Origin: Candidatus Woesearchaeota archaeon
GTDB lineage: Archaea > Nanobdellota > Nanobdellia > Woesearchaeales > JACJVV01
DNA: 34,774 nucleotides
Assembly (NCBI GenBank): GCA_047603135.1
Contig: JBLKOW010000001.1
Location: 1-34,774 of the forward strand
Reading direction: 5' to 3'
Positions within the stretch are counted from its first letter, which is position 1; each line of letters starts with the position of its first letter. The translations under genes were made by a program, and so were the position numbers. The notes beneath the pieces were generated by a model, which saw nothing but the letters and a program-made list of their open reading frames with translations, did not search any database and was not told where the DNA came from. Of the stretch, positions 18,745 to 26,132 are shown one piece after another.

Positions 18745-18885
18745 AAGGTGCAACATTATATCTCTTGCATTTATTTAATTCCCTTCACTATATTACCCTC
18801 AAGAACAGTAATATTTAAAAATGCGAAATGAAGTAGGTATTACTTAATGAAATTAGTTTTAACAAATTTGGTTGGGTGAGTGTGA

Positions 18886-19623
18886 ATGAAAAATGAATTA
18901 GGTAGTTTAGTTAGTTCTGGAATAGACCCTGAGAAAGCAGAGGCACGTGAATTGTGGAAACGCGGGCATTTGAATGGTTCGTATTCAAACCAAGATCCAG
19001 GATATAAGTTTGCGCGTCGTGCTGAAAAACATGGTTCACCACGAACATATGTTCCTCCAGCAGAAAGACAAATACCTGTGGAAGATGGACATGGAAACTC
19101 TACGAGTGGAAATAAGTTTGATGAACAGTGGTCAGGAGATGATAAAGTATCGCTTGATGAAGTTTTATCAGCAGTTGATTCTGAATCGGTATTTAACGCA
19201 CGTGTTCAAGCAGTGTATGAGGGCGGTGTTCTAGATATCGGTTATGATGCAGATTCACGCGTTATGGAAGTATATGGTGATGCACCTCTTTACAACTTAG
19301 CACTCTTTTTAGGAGATAGTAAAAATGTTTCAGAGGTAGTTGTGCATCATAATGGTGAAGAAAATCGTCTTTCATATGATAAAAAACGCGATGTAATCAG
19401 TCTTAATGGAATGGAAATGTTTTGTCCTCATGATCCAGATAAGCCAATTAACTCAAGACAAGTACATGCAGTTCAGATACCTGGAATGGAAAGAGTAAGT
19501 CTTGAGGCACTTGAAGGAAATGGTCATTATCATCCAGAGATTGAATTCGATGATTTATTGGCAAAACCTGAGACGATGGAACGGCCAAGCACTGATGAAA
19601 TGACTCGTGTGTATAGAGATTAA
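18886..19623 (+). CDS. Hypothetical protein
   Basis: 245-aa ORF, acidic, with no recognisable motif. Its stop codon lies inside the TTAATTAG direct repeat that borders repeat copy 1. Confidence 0.55.
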   Translation: MKNELGSLVSSGIDPEKAEARELWKRGHLNGSYSNQDPGYKFARRAEKHGSPRTYVPPAERQIPVEDGHGNSTSGNKFDEQWSGDDKVSLDEVLSAVDSESVFNARVQAVYEGGVLDIGYDADSRVMEVYGDAPLYNLALFLGDSKNVSEVVVHHNGEENRLSYDKKRDVISLNGMEMFCPHDPDKPINSRQVHAVQIPGMERVSLEALEGNGHYHPEIEFDDLLAKPETMERPSTDEMTRVYRD

Positions 19624-19627
19624 TTAG

Positions 19628-19868
19628 TAAAATCTGCTTTTTCCACCAGTGTGTTTTTACATGCCTGGCTACGTCTGTGCATGTTCACGCGCGGCATAGT
19701 GGAAAAAGCAGGGTCTGAGAAAACCGACCAAGCCGTAGGCGAGCATGCCTCCAGTCTCTGACTGGTGGTGTCGGTTTTCGATTGACAAATCGACTTTGCC
19801 CTTTGAGGCGATGTGTTTCTTGTCAAAGAAACACATAAGTTCGCCGTGCAAGTTGATTTTTTACGTGC
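19628..19868 (+). repeat. Structured interspersed repeat, long form, copy 1 (complete)
   Basis: It aligns with 29074-29310 and 30706-30995, and its 3' module aligns with 32388-32480 and complement 7146-7236. It has multiple internal helices, including a perfect 13-bp pairing (19634-19646 with 19699-19711). It is flanked by the exact 8-bp direct repeat TTAATTAG. Confidence 0.9.
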
Positions 19869-19985
19869 TTAATTAGCTTTTTATTTTCTTTCTTTTATTC
19901 TTTATTCTAACCTAGTATTAACTATGCATTTTATTCCATAACTAATATAAATAATGAGCATTTGGTTCCATTCTGAGGTGAATAA

Positions 19986-20261
19986 ATGGATAAAACTGAA
20001 ATTAAGCAAACAATTCTTGACATTGTAAATGATATAGCTACAGAAAATGATGAATTAGTAACACTTGATTCTATTCGTCACGATGTGCACTTAAGTAAGC
20101 AACTTGATTTAGACTCAATGGATTTTCTTGATATTGTAATGGAACTAAGAAAACAATATGGTGTTGAAGTTCCTGAAGAAGACTATCATCGACTTGGCAC
20201 GCTCAATAGTAGCGCAGATTATCTTGTTGGTCCGCTTGAAAAAGTAGATTATAGGGGCTAG
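19986..20261 (+). CDS. Acyl carrier protein-like (phosphopantetheine-binding) protein
   Basis: 91 aa. LDLDSMDFLDIVMELRKQYGVEVPEED matches the ACP DSL/DSM Ser-attachment motif followed by an acidic helix II-III. Confidence 0.75.
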   Translation: MDKTEIKQTILDIVNDIATENDELVTLDSIRHDVHLSKQLDLDSMDFLDIVMELRKQYGVEVPEEDYHRLGTLNSSADYLVGPLEKVDYRG

Positions 20262-20475
20262 CTATTCAAACAAGTATATACTATCTTAAGTTTAAGTTAG
20301 TTTTTAGTTTATAAGACATCTAGAGTGATATAAAAACTAGCAAGCAATAAGTTATGCTAACTAAAAAGCGATGTGTGAGGCACATCAGGATTTAGCAATT
20401 TGCCGAACGGTGTTGTTGTAATTATACTTAATTTATTATTGAGTCAAACACGAGATAGTACATATTCAAACAAAT

Positions 20476-20501
20476 AAAAAATCTACTTTACAAGTTTTTA
20501 C
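20476..20501 (+). repeat. Footprint-like remnant of the repeat family (the two halves of the closing helix joined without an interior)
   Basis: AAAAAATCTACTTT-A-CAAGTT-TTTTAC compares with the family termini AAA(G/A)TCTACTTTG ... CAAGTTGACTTTTTAC. It is flanked by the 11-bp direct repeat TATTCAAACAA (20463-20473 and 20506-20516). Confidence 0.45.
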
Positions 20502-20504
20502 ACA

Positions 20505-21617
20505 CTATTCAAACAAGCGTTTGAAGAAACCGCTCTTTTTGCTTTCAGCATCAAGCTCTTCAAAGAGTTTGCGCTCTTTCTTAGAAAGTGATGTAGGCAC
20601 TTTAATCTTAACTTTAACTAACTGGCTTCCTTTTGCTGAAGATTGTAAATGCTGAATCCCTTTATCTTTCATTTTAAAGATAGTGTCAGGCTGCGTTCCA
20701 GCAGGGATGCGCAGTTTTGCTTTACCAAGCAAGGTTGGTACTTCAATCTCAGTTCCAAGTGCTGCCTGAGAAACACTAATAGGGTATTCTAAATAAATAT
20801 CATTACCTTTGCGCGTAAATCTTTCGTCTGGTTTCACATGAACAAAAACATAGAGGTCTCCGTTTATGCCATTGGGTATTGCCTCTCCCTCCCCTTCGAG
20901 ACGAAGACGCATTTCATCATCAATCCCTGCAGGGATTCGTACATCTAGTTTTTTCTTTGTTCGTACAAGTCCTGTTCCATCACAATGTGAACATTCTTTT
21001 TCAATAGTTTTTCCTGTGCCTCTACATGTATTACAAGGGGCATTTGTTTGAAATAATCCAAATGGGGTGCGCTGTGTTCGCCGAACCTGTCCAGCTCCTT
21101 TACAATCAGGACATGTTTTAATTGCGTCAGGCGATTCTGCACCTGTTCCTTTACATTCAGGACATGTATCAAGTTTAGTGAATTGAATTGTTTTTGTTGT
21201 TCCAAACGCAGCCTCTTCAAGTGTTATATCAATATCATACCGCAGGTCTTCTCCGCGAAGTTGTCTGCGTCTTCTTCCACGCCCGCCAAAGCCAAAACCT
21301 CCACCAAATATATCACCTAAATGATCGAACAAATCACCAAAGTCTCCTTGAAATGACTCAAATCCGCCAAAATCAAATCCACCTTGACCTCCTCCAAATC
21401 CGCTAGGATCTGCAGTTCCGTATTGGTCATAGTGTTGGCGTTTTTTATCGTCGCTAAGAACTGCTGCAGCTGCATTTATTTTCTTAAAATGCTCTGCATC
21501 ACCTGTTTCTTTATTATCTGGGTGGTATTTTCGTGCTAGTCGTTTGTACGCTTTTTTAATCTCGTCTCGGCTTGCGTTTTTTGAAACACCAAGAAGTTCG
21601 TAATAATCATCTGTCAT
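20505..21617 (-). CDS. dnaJ: Chaperone DnaJ (Hsp40)
   Basis: It has a J domain (DYYELLGV...YHPD), a Gly/Phe-rich linker, and four CxxCxGxG repeats. The start is set at MTDDYY (ATG 21617), which forms an ATGA overlap with the upstream HD gene stop. The ORF track extends 6 codons further. Confidence 0.95.
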   Translation of the reverse strand: MTDDYYELLGVSKNASRDEIKKAYKRLARKYHPDNKETGDAEHFKKINAAAAVLSDDKKRQHYDQYGTADPSGFGGGQGGFDFGGFESFQGDFGDLFDHLGDIFGGGFGFGGRGRRRRQLRGEDLRYDIDITLEEAAFGTTKTIQFTKLDTCPECKGTGAESPDAIKTCPDCKGAGQVRRTQRTPFGLFQTNAPCNTCRGTGKTIEKECSHCDGTGLVRTKKKLDVRIPAGIDDEMRLRLEGEGEAIPNGINGDLYVFVHVKPDERFTRKGNDIYLEYPISVSQAALGTEIEVPTLLGKAKLRIPAGTQPDTIFKMKDKGIQHLQSSAKGSQLVKVKIKVPTSLSKKERKLFEELDAESKKSGFFKRLFE

Positions 21618-22201
21618 GAGTATACATCCTCGCAAAGATATGGTTCAATTGTTTTTTCATTGATATTTTCAGGTCGTAGCCCTATCTTTTTAAATATTTG
21701 GTCTTCAAGTGCATGAAGTAGTAGGCGTATTTTCTCAGTATCTTTTGAAAGTACTGGATATCGTCGTGCTCCATCTTCAAGGCGTTCGTCAATACTAATT
21801 ATATTATCATGCAAAACACGTTTATCTGCGTAATATAAGATGCGTTCTTCCCATGAATTAAAGCCATTATATATGTTACTTGTTTTATGAGCGCGCACAA
21901 TTGCTGCGATTTCTGAAAAACCTTTTGCAATTAAAAGATCAGCACCAGCATCCTCATGTGCACCACACTCCTTTTTGATTTCATCAAACTTCTTAATATC
22001 ATGAAGTATGCCTGCTATGCGTATATTCTCTACGTTAACAGGAACTCCATGCTCGTTTAATCTCTCAGCAAGAAACAGTGCAACACCCTGCACTTTACGT
22101 GCGTGCAGGAATATGTTGCGTGGTGTTTCTGTTTCTTTGAGGAGTGCAATGCACTCTTCATGTGATGGATGATTGCTTGCTGTCACTTTTGTTGTATGCA
22201 T
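21614..22201 (-). CDS. HD-domain phosphohydrolase
   Basis: 195 aa with H...HD metal-binding signature (FLHARKV ... AGILHDIKKFD ... HK). It is inserted between dnaK and dnaJ and translationally coupled to dnaJ. Confidence 0.75.
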   Translation of the reverse strand: MHTTKVTASNHPSHEECIALLKETETPRNIFLHARKVQGVALFLAERLNEHGVPVNVENIRIAGILHDIKKFDEIKKECGAHEDAGADLLIAKGFSEIAAIVRAHKTSNIYNGFNSWEERILYYADKRVLHDNIISIDERLEDGARRYPVLSKDTEKIRLLLHALEDQIFKKIGLRPENINEKTIEPYLCEDVYS

Positions 22202-22215
22202 TAAATAATATGCAT

Positions 22216-24165
22216 CTATTTCTTGTCTTTCTTACTTTTATCTTCAGCTTTTTTATCTGCTTTTTCATCGACCACATCTGCATCAACAACGGTTTCATCT
22301 TTTTTAGTAGATGCATCTTCTGGTTTACCTTGCGCACCTTCTGTTCCTGAACCAGCTGCTGCTTGTCCTTTTTGTGCTTCAGCTGCTGCCTTTGCATAAA
22401 GATCAGTTGCAACTTTTTGGAACTTTTCAGTTAATTCGTCTTTCTTTTTCTTAATTGTTTCGTAGTTTTTGTCTCTATCTTTCAAAAGTTCCTTGAGTTC
22501 CTCAAGTTCTTTTTGAATTGGCTCAATCTCTTTTTTATCTGCTTTGTCGCCCATTTCTTTGAGTGTTTTTTCGTACTGGAAAACCATGCTTTCTGCTTCA
22601 TTAAGTGTTTCTATTTTTTCACGTTTCTTTTTGTCTTCTTCTGCATGCTTTTCTGCATCTTCCTGCATCTTTTTAATTTCATCTTCACTCAGATTACTTG
22701 TTCCAGTGACGGTAATCTTTTGTTCTTTTCCAGTTCCCATGTCTTTTGCACTAACATGTACGATACCATTTGCATCAATATCGAAGGTAACTTCAATTTG
22801 TGGAACGCCTCTTGGTGCTGGCGGGATTCCTTCTAAGTCAAATCGACCTAGGCTTTTATTGTCAGCCGACATTGCACGTTCTCCTTGGAGTACATTAATG
22901 GTAACAGCTGGCTGATTATCTGCAGCAGTTGAAAAGATTTGACTTTTCTTTGTTGGGATGGTTGTGTTTCGCTCAATAATCTTTGTGGAAACTCCTCCAA
23001 GCGTCTCAATACCAAGGCTGAGTGGGGTAACATCAAGAAGAAGTACATCTTTTACTTCTCCGCCAAGAATTCCTGCTTGAATTGCTGCACCAAATGCTAC
23101 AGCCTCGTCTGGGTTAACAGATTTATCTCCTTCAAGTCCAGTAATTTCTTTAACTAACTTTTGTACTGCAGGAATCCGTGTTGAACCACCTACTAAAATA
23201 ACTTTATCAACCTTTAGATCTGCATCTTTAATTGCTTGTTCAGTTGGAGTTCTTAATTTAGTAAGTATATCACTAATCAGACTTTCAAATCGTGATCGTG
23301 ATAGTGTTAAATTGATGTGCTGGTTCTGTGTGATGTATGGTATATTGATAGTTGTTTCTGATGCGCTACTTAATTCAATTTTTGCTTTTTCTGCTGCATC
23401 TTTTAATCGCTGAAGTGCAAGTTTATCTTCACGTAAATCGTTGCCACTGTCTTTTTTATGTTCTTCAGCAATCCAGTCAATAATTGCTTCATCAATATCA
23501 TCTCCACCGAGGTGATTATTACCTGATGTTGCTTTTACTTCAAAAACGCCTTCATCAAGTTCAAGAACGGATACATCAAATGTACCTCCTCCAAAGTCAA
23601 AGACAAGAACATTATGTGCTTCTGATTTATCAAGACCATATGCGAGAGCTGCTGCAGTCGGTTCGTTTACGATTCTCAAAACATTTAATCCTGCAATTGC
23701 TCCTGCATCTTTTGTTGCTTGTCTTTGCGCGTCATTAAAATATGCTGGAACAGTAACAACTGCATCTTTAACTGCATGTCCTAGGTATGCTTCTGCATCT
23801 CGCTTTAATTTTTGAAGTGTAATTGCTGAGATTTCCTGTGGCTTGTATTCTTTTCCATCAACTTCAACTGTTTCGTTTGAACCCATTTTACGTTTAATAC
23901 TTCTTACAACGTGTGCAGGATCAACAATTGCCTGATTCTTTGCAACTTGTCCAACAACTCGTTCATTTCCTTGTCCCTTAATCCACACAACAGAAGGTGT
24001 TGTCCGTGATCCTTCAGCATTAGGGATAATGGTTGGTTTACCTCCCTCAATAACCGCAACTGCAGAGTACGTTGTTCCTAAATCAATACCTATTGCTTTT
24101 GCAACAGTGCGTCCTTTTTTTTCTTCACCTTGTGGTTTCTTTTCGTCTTTTTTAGTATCTGTCAT
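22216..24165 (-). CDS. dnaK: Chaperone DnaK (Hsp70)
   Basis: 649 aa with [23 protein letters not shown], and [14 protein letters not shown]. The SD-like GGAGGGA precedes the ATG. Confidence 0.97.
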   Translation of the reverse strand: MTDTKKDEKKPQGEEKKGRTVAKAIGIDLGTTYSAVAVIEGGKPTIIPNAEGSRTTPSVVWIKGQGNERVVGQVAKNQAIVDPAHVVRSIKRKMGSNETVEVDGKEYKPQEISAITLQKLKRDAEAYLGHAVKDAVVTVPAYFNDAQRQATKDAGAIAGLNVLRIVNEPTAAALAYGLDKSEAHNVLVFDFGGGTFDVSVLELDEGVFEVKATSGNNHLGGDDIDEAIIDWIAEEHKKDSGNDLREDKLALQRLKDAAEKAKIELSSASETTINIPYITQNQHINLTLSRSRFESLISDILTKLRTPTEQAIKDADLKVDKVILVGGSTRIPAVQKLVKEITGLEGDKSVNPDEAVAFGAAIQAGILGGEVKDVLLLDVTPLSLGIETLGGVSTKIIERNTTIPTKKSQIFSTAADNQPAVTINVLQGERAMSADNKSLGRFDLEGIPPAPRGVPQIEVTFDIDANGIVHVSAKDMGTGKEQKITVTGTSNLSEDEIKKMQEDAEKHAEEDKKKREKIETLNEAESMVFQYEKTLKEMGDKADKKEIEPIQKELEELKELLKDRDKNYETIKKKKDELTEKFQKVATDLYAKAAAEAQKGQAAAGSGTEGAQGKPEDASTKKDETVVDADVVDEKADKKAEDKSKKDKK

Positions 24166-24183
24166 AATAATCCCTCCGATAAT

Positions 24184-24240
24184 ATTTTTGTAGTGTTTAT
24201 TTCGTATTGTTTATTTTTGTAGTGTTTTTTTCGTATAGTA
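24184..24240. repeat. Tandem direct repeat (about 29-nt unit, two copies plus short ATTTTT-led partials) in the grpE-dnaK spacer
   Basis: ATTTTTGTAGTGTTTATTTCGTATTGTTT is followed by ATTTTTGTAGTGTTTTTTTCGTATAGT, then ATTTTTCACATAAT and ATTTTTCTAAC. Confidence 0.7.
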
Positions 24241-24280
24241 TTTTTCACATAATATTTTTCTAACAAACTTTTTGTATTCT

Positions 24281-24892
24281 TTACTCTTCTTTTTTCTTAT
24301 CAGTCTTTGCTTGTTTTTCCTTTGAAATTTTCACGCGTGCATGTCTAATAACGCGTTCATGTAACATGTATCCTGGCTGCAATACTTCAAGAACGACATT
24401 TGGCTTTCCGTCAGACTCTTCTTGAAAAAGTGGTTCATGCAATTCTGGGTTGAACGTAACGCCAACTTCATTAATAATGCGAACGCCTTCATTCTTGAGT
24501 ATTGACCATAATTGTTCATAAAGCATTGCAACTCCCTTTGTTACTTCTTCATCTTTTTCTTTAAGATTCTTAGTAACGTGCTCAAAATTTTCAAGGAGAG
24601 GTATTAACTGTGAAACGAATGACTGTGTTGCATATTTTGCCTGAGATTCACGATCACGGTCAACTCGTTTTCGATAGTTTTCAAGTTCTGCTTGGACACG
24701 TTGCATACCTTGTAAATATTCTCCTGCTTGTTGTTTAAGAGTTTCAAGATCATCACTTTTGTTGTTTTGGTTAGTATTTTTACCTTCTTTATCCTGTTTA
24801 GTGCTTTTTACTTGCTCTCTTTCTGCCACTCCTTCATTCATTGCTTTGTTCTCTTGTTTTTTACTCTCATTTTTTCTTTCTTTTGCAGACAT
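24281..24892 (-). CDS. grpE: Nucleotide exchange factor GrpE
   Basis: 203 aa with a charged N-terminus, a coiled coil (ELENYRKRVDRD), and a C-terminal beta domain (FNPELHEP...VLQPGY...RVIRHARVKI). Confidence 0.9.
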   Translation of the reverse strand: MSAKERKNESKKQENKAMNEGVAEREQVKSTKQDKEGKNTNQNNKSDDLETLKQQAGEYLQGMQRVQAELENYRKRVDRDRESQAKYATQSFVSQLIPLLENFEHVTKNLKEKDEEVTKGVAMLYEQLWSILKNEGVRIINEVGVTFNPELHEPLFQEESDGKPNVVLEVLQPGYMLHERVIRHARVKISKEKQAKTDKKKEE

Positions 24893-24904
24893 AAAATATC
24901 CACC

Positions 24905-25258
24905 TCATCCAAAATATGTTGGTGTTTCATTTGGTCGTTTAGCCATTCCTTTAGCAGATTTCTTTTGTTTCTTTTCTGCATGCTTAATTGCTTTAGGAAC
25001 TTCTATTTTTCCAAACTGTTTTTCATAATCTTGTATAACTTTTGTAAGTAAATCTTTAAACAGCAGTGCATGGTATGGATCAACCATCACCACATTATGT
25101 TTTACTGCAAGGGTTGGGTGTCCTTTATCGCGTTCATCAACGCGTGGAGTTATACTTTTAAAATCAAAAAATACCATGGTTGGGTTGAAATTAATAGATG
25201 CTTGATGTGCATAAAATGCATCACCATCTGAAATTGTCATATTGATTTTTTGTTCCAT
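24905..25258 (-). CDS. DUF3467-like small protein, first gene of the chaperone operon
   Basis: 117 aa. FYAHQASINFNPTMVFFDF resembles the DUF3467 core (Y.N...I.hs..EF.lDF). The SD-like GAGGT precedes the ATG. Confidence 0.55.
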   Translation of the reverse strand: MEQKINMTISDGDAFYAHQASINFNPTMVFFDFKSITPRVDERDKGHPTLAVKHNVVMVDPYHALLFKDLLTKVIQDYEKQFGKIEVPKAIKHAEKKQKKSAKGMAKRPNETPTYFG

Positions 25259-25453
25259 AGTGTGTACCTCTTTCGTTGAATTAAGCTCAACAGAAACAAG
25301 GTAATATTATTTTATTTATAAATTTTACGTTTAATTTGACAGAATTGCTTAAAACCTGTATTTTTTCTTTATTGAATTTTATCTACTATTTTACCAAAAT
25401 CTTCATTCCTATTAAGAATCTTTATTACTTTTACGAGAATTCTATCAGTCTAT

Positions 25454-26071
25454 TCAAACAAAGTAATTTCTCGGGACAAAATTACGCGGGTTTCCTAGCT
25501 TAATGCGAAATCTGTGGGTAAACCGTTCACGTTTTGTTCGTCGTGGAACACGCGATATACGTGCTCCTTGGTATTCGTCTTGAAGAAACAAATCTGAAGG
25601 AACAAATTTCTCTATGTCAGTATCAGTTGAAATTCCGTATGCATGAATATTATCCTTACGCCAAACACCTATTAGTGAACCATTTTCTGGATTAAGTTCA
25701 GCAGTTATTTTAATGGTAGCAGGACAGCTGTGAAGTGGAAAATCGCATCCATTCAGCTCATTTGGATCTGGAATATGAACAATAAGCATTTCATAATCTG
25801 TAGGTCCGCTTTTTTTTGACTCAGCTTGTCCCCATAAACTGACAACGCGTACTTTACATTCACCGTGCATCAAATCATCTATCGTGCCGTACTCATGTCC
25901 ACGCCCACCATGAACAATTTGCCATGTTTTTTCTATTCCAGCAGGTTGTCTCCAATTCTGTTCTTTAAATCCAATAGGTCTGCGTAGTGAATCATACCCT
26001 TTTTGATAAGGGGTAATGAAATCAACAAATCTCTGTTCAGTTAAAACTTTGAGGTAAGGATGCTCTTTCAT
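25454..26071 (-). CDS. Hypothetical protein
   Basis: 205-aa ORF with a basic C-terminus and no recognised motif. Confidence 0.5.
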   Translation of the reverse strand: MKEHPYLKVLTEQRFVDFITPYQKGYDSLRRPIGFKEQNWRQPAGIEKTWQIVHGGRGHEYGTIDDLMHGECKVRVVSLWGQAESKKSGPTDYEMLIVHIPDPNELNGCDFPLHSCPATIKITAELNPENGSLIGVWRKDNIHAYGISTDTDIEKFVPSDLFLQDEYQGARISRVPRRTKRERFTHRFRIKLGNPRNFVPRNYFV

Positions 26072-26132
26072 GACAGAGCAAAATGAAATTTGGTTTATAT
26101 ATATTATGCATTATTTTACTTAAGAGTGGTTA

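Noticed and set aside
19674-19692. TGTGCATGTTCAC as a group II intron 5' end (GUGYG), or CCGATGAAAA/CTGAGAA strings as a hammerhead core.
   Set aside because: GUGCA does not fit GUGYG. The element is far too small for a group II intron and lacks a domain V. The hammerhead CUGANGA...GAAA core with three flanking helices cannot be assembled.
19699-19728. GTGGAAAAAGCAGGGTCTGAGAAAAC resembles the GGAA-tetraloop/AGCAG region of SRP RNA helix 8, suggesting an SRP RNA or an SRP-derived SINE.
   Set aside because: The segment's partner is a perfect 13-bp complement upstream, not an SRP helix-8 5' strand with symmetric and asymmetric loops. No Alu-domain or helix-5 features could be found. The similarity is short and A-rich.
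19799-19848. Internal loop CCCTTTGA / GTG of the 3' module as a K-turn, or the module as a C/D box sRNA.
   Set aside because: The 3' strand lacks the GA needed for tandem sheared G-A pairs. No RUGAUGA or CUGA boxes are present.
19620-19851. Minus-strand ORFs inside repeat copy 1 (19620-19826, 68 aa; 19669-19851, 60 aa), which might encode a small element protein.
   Set aside because: Compared with the matching ORF in copy 3, the reading frame is broken by indels (GATTTGTCAATC versus GAC-TGTCAATC) and only re-synchronises by chance. Substitutions are not codon-patterned. The starts are TTG inside the conserved CTTGCACGGCGAA string. Conservation is at the nucleotide and structure level, not the protein level.
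20275-20462. The 188-nt segment between direct repeats as a degenerate sixth element copy. It shares GCGATGTGT with copy 1 and has a hairpin, GATGTG-TGAGG-CACATC.
   Set aside because: Only a 9-nt match and a short hairpin support it. The rest does not align convincingly, and a chance match is plausible.
21618-21635. Six extra N-terminal codons of dnaJ (MRGCIL).
   Set aside because: The J domain canonically begins at M-x-DYYELLGV. ATG 21617 forms a classic ATGA overlap with the upstream stop.
22513-23738. Plus-strand ORFs antisense to dnaK (22513-22836, 22544-22915, 22939-23157, 23484-23738). The same applies to ORFs antisense to grpE, dnaJ, atpI, atpC, the 232 gene and the 26133 gene.
   Set aside because: All lie wholly inside well-supported genes on the other strand, are low-complexity, and have no motifs.
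25320-25350. TTTTACGTTTAATTTGACAGAATTGC resembles a junction of the family's 3' end (TTTTACGT) and internal GATTGACAG.
   Set aside because: Only two 7-8-mers match in AT-rich promoter DNA, and none of the conserved GC-rich strings (CTTTGCC, TTCGCCGTGCA) is present.
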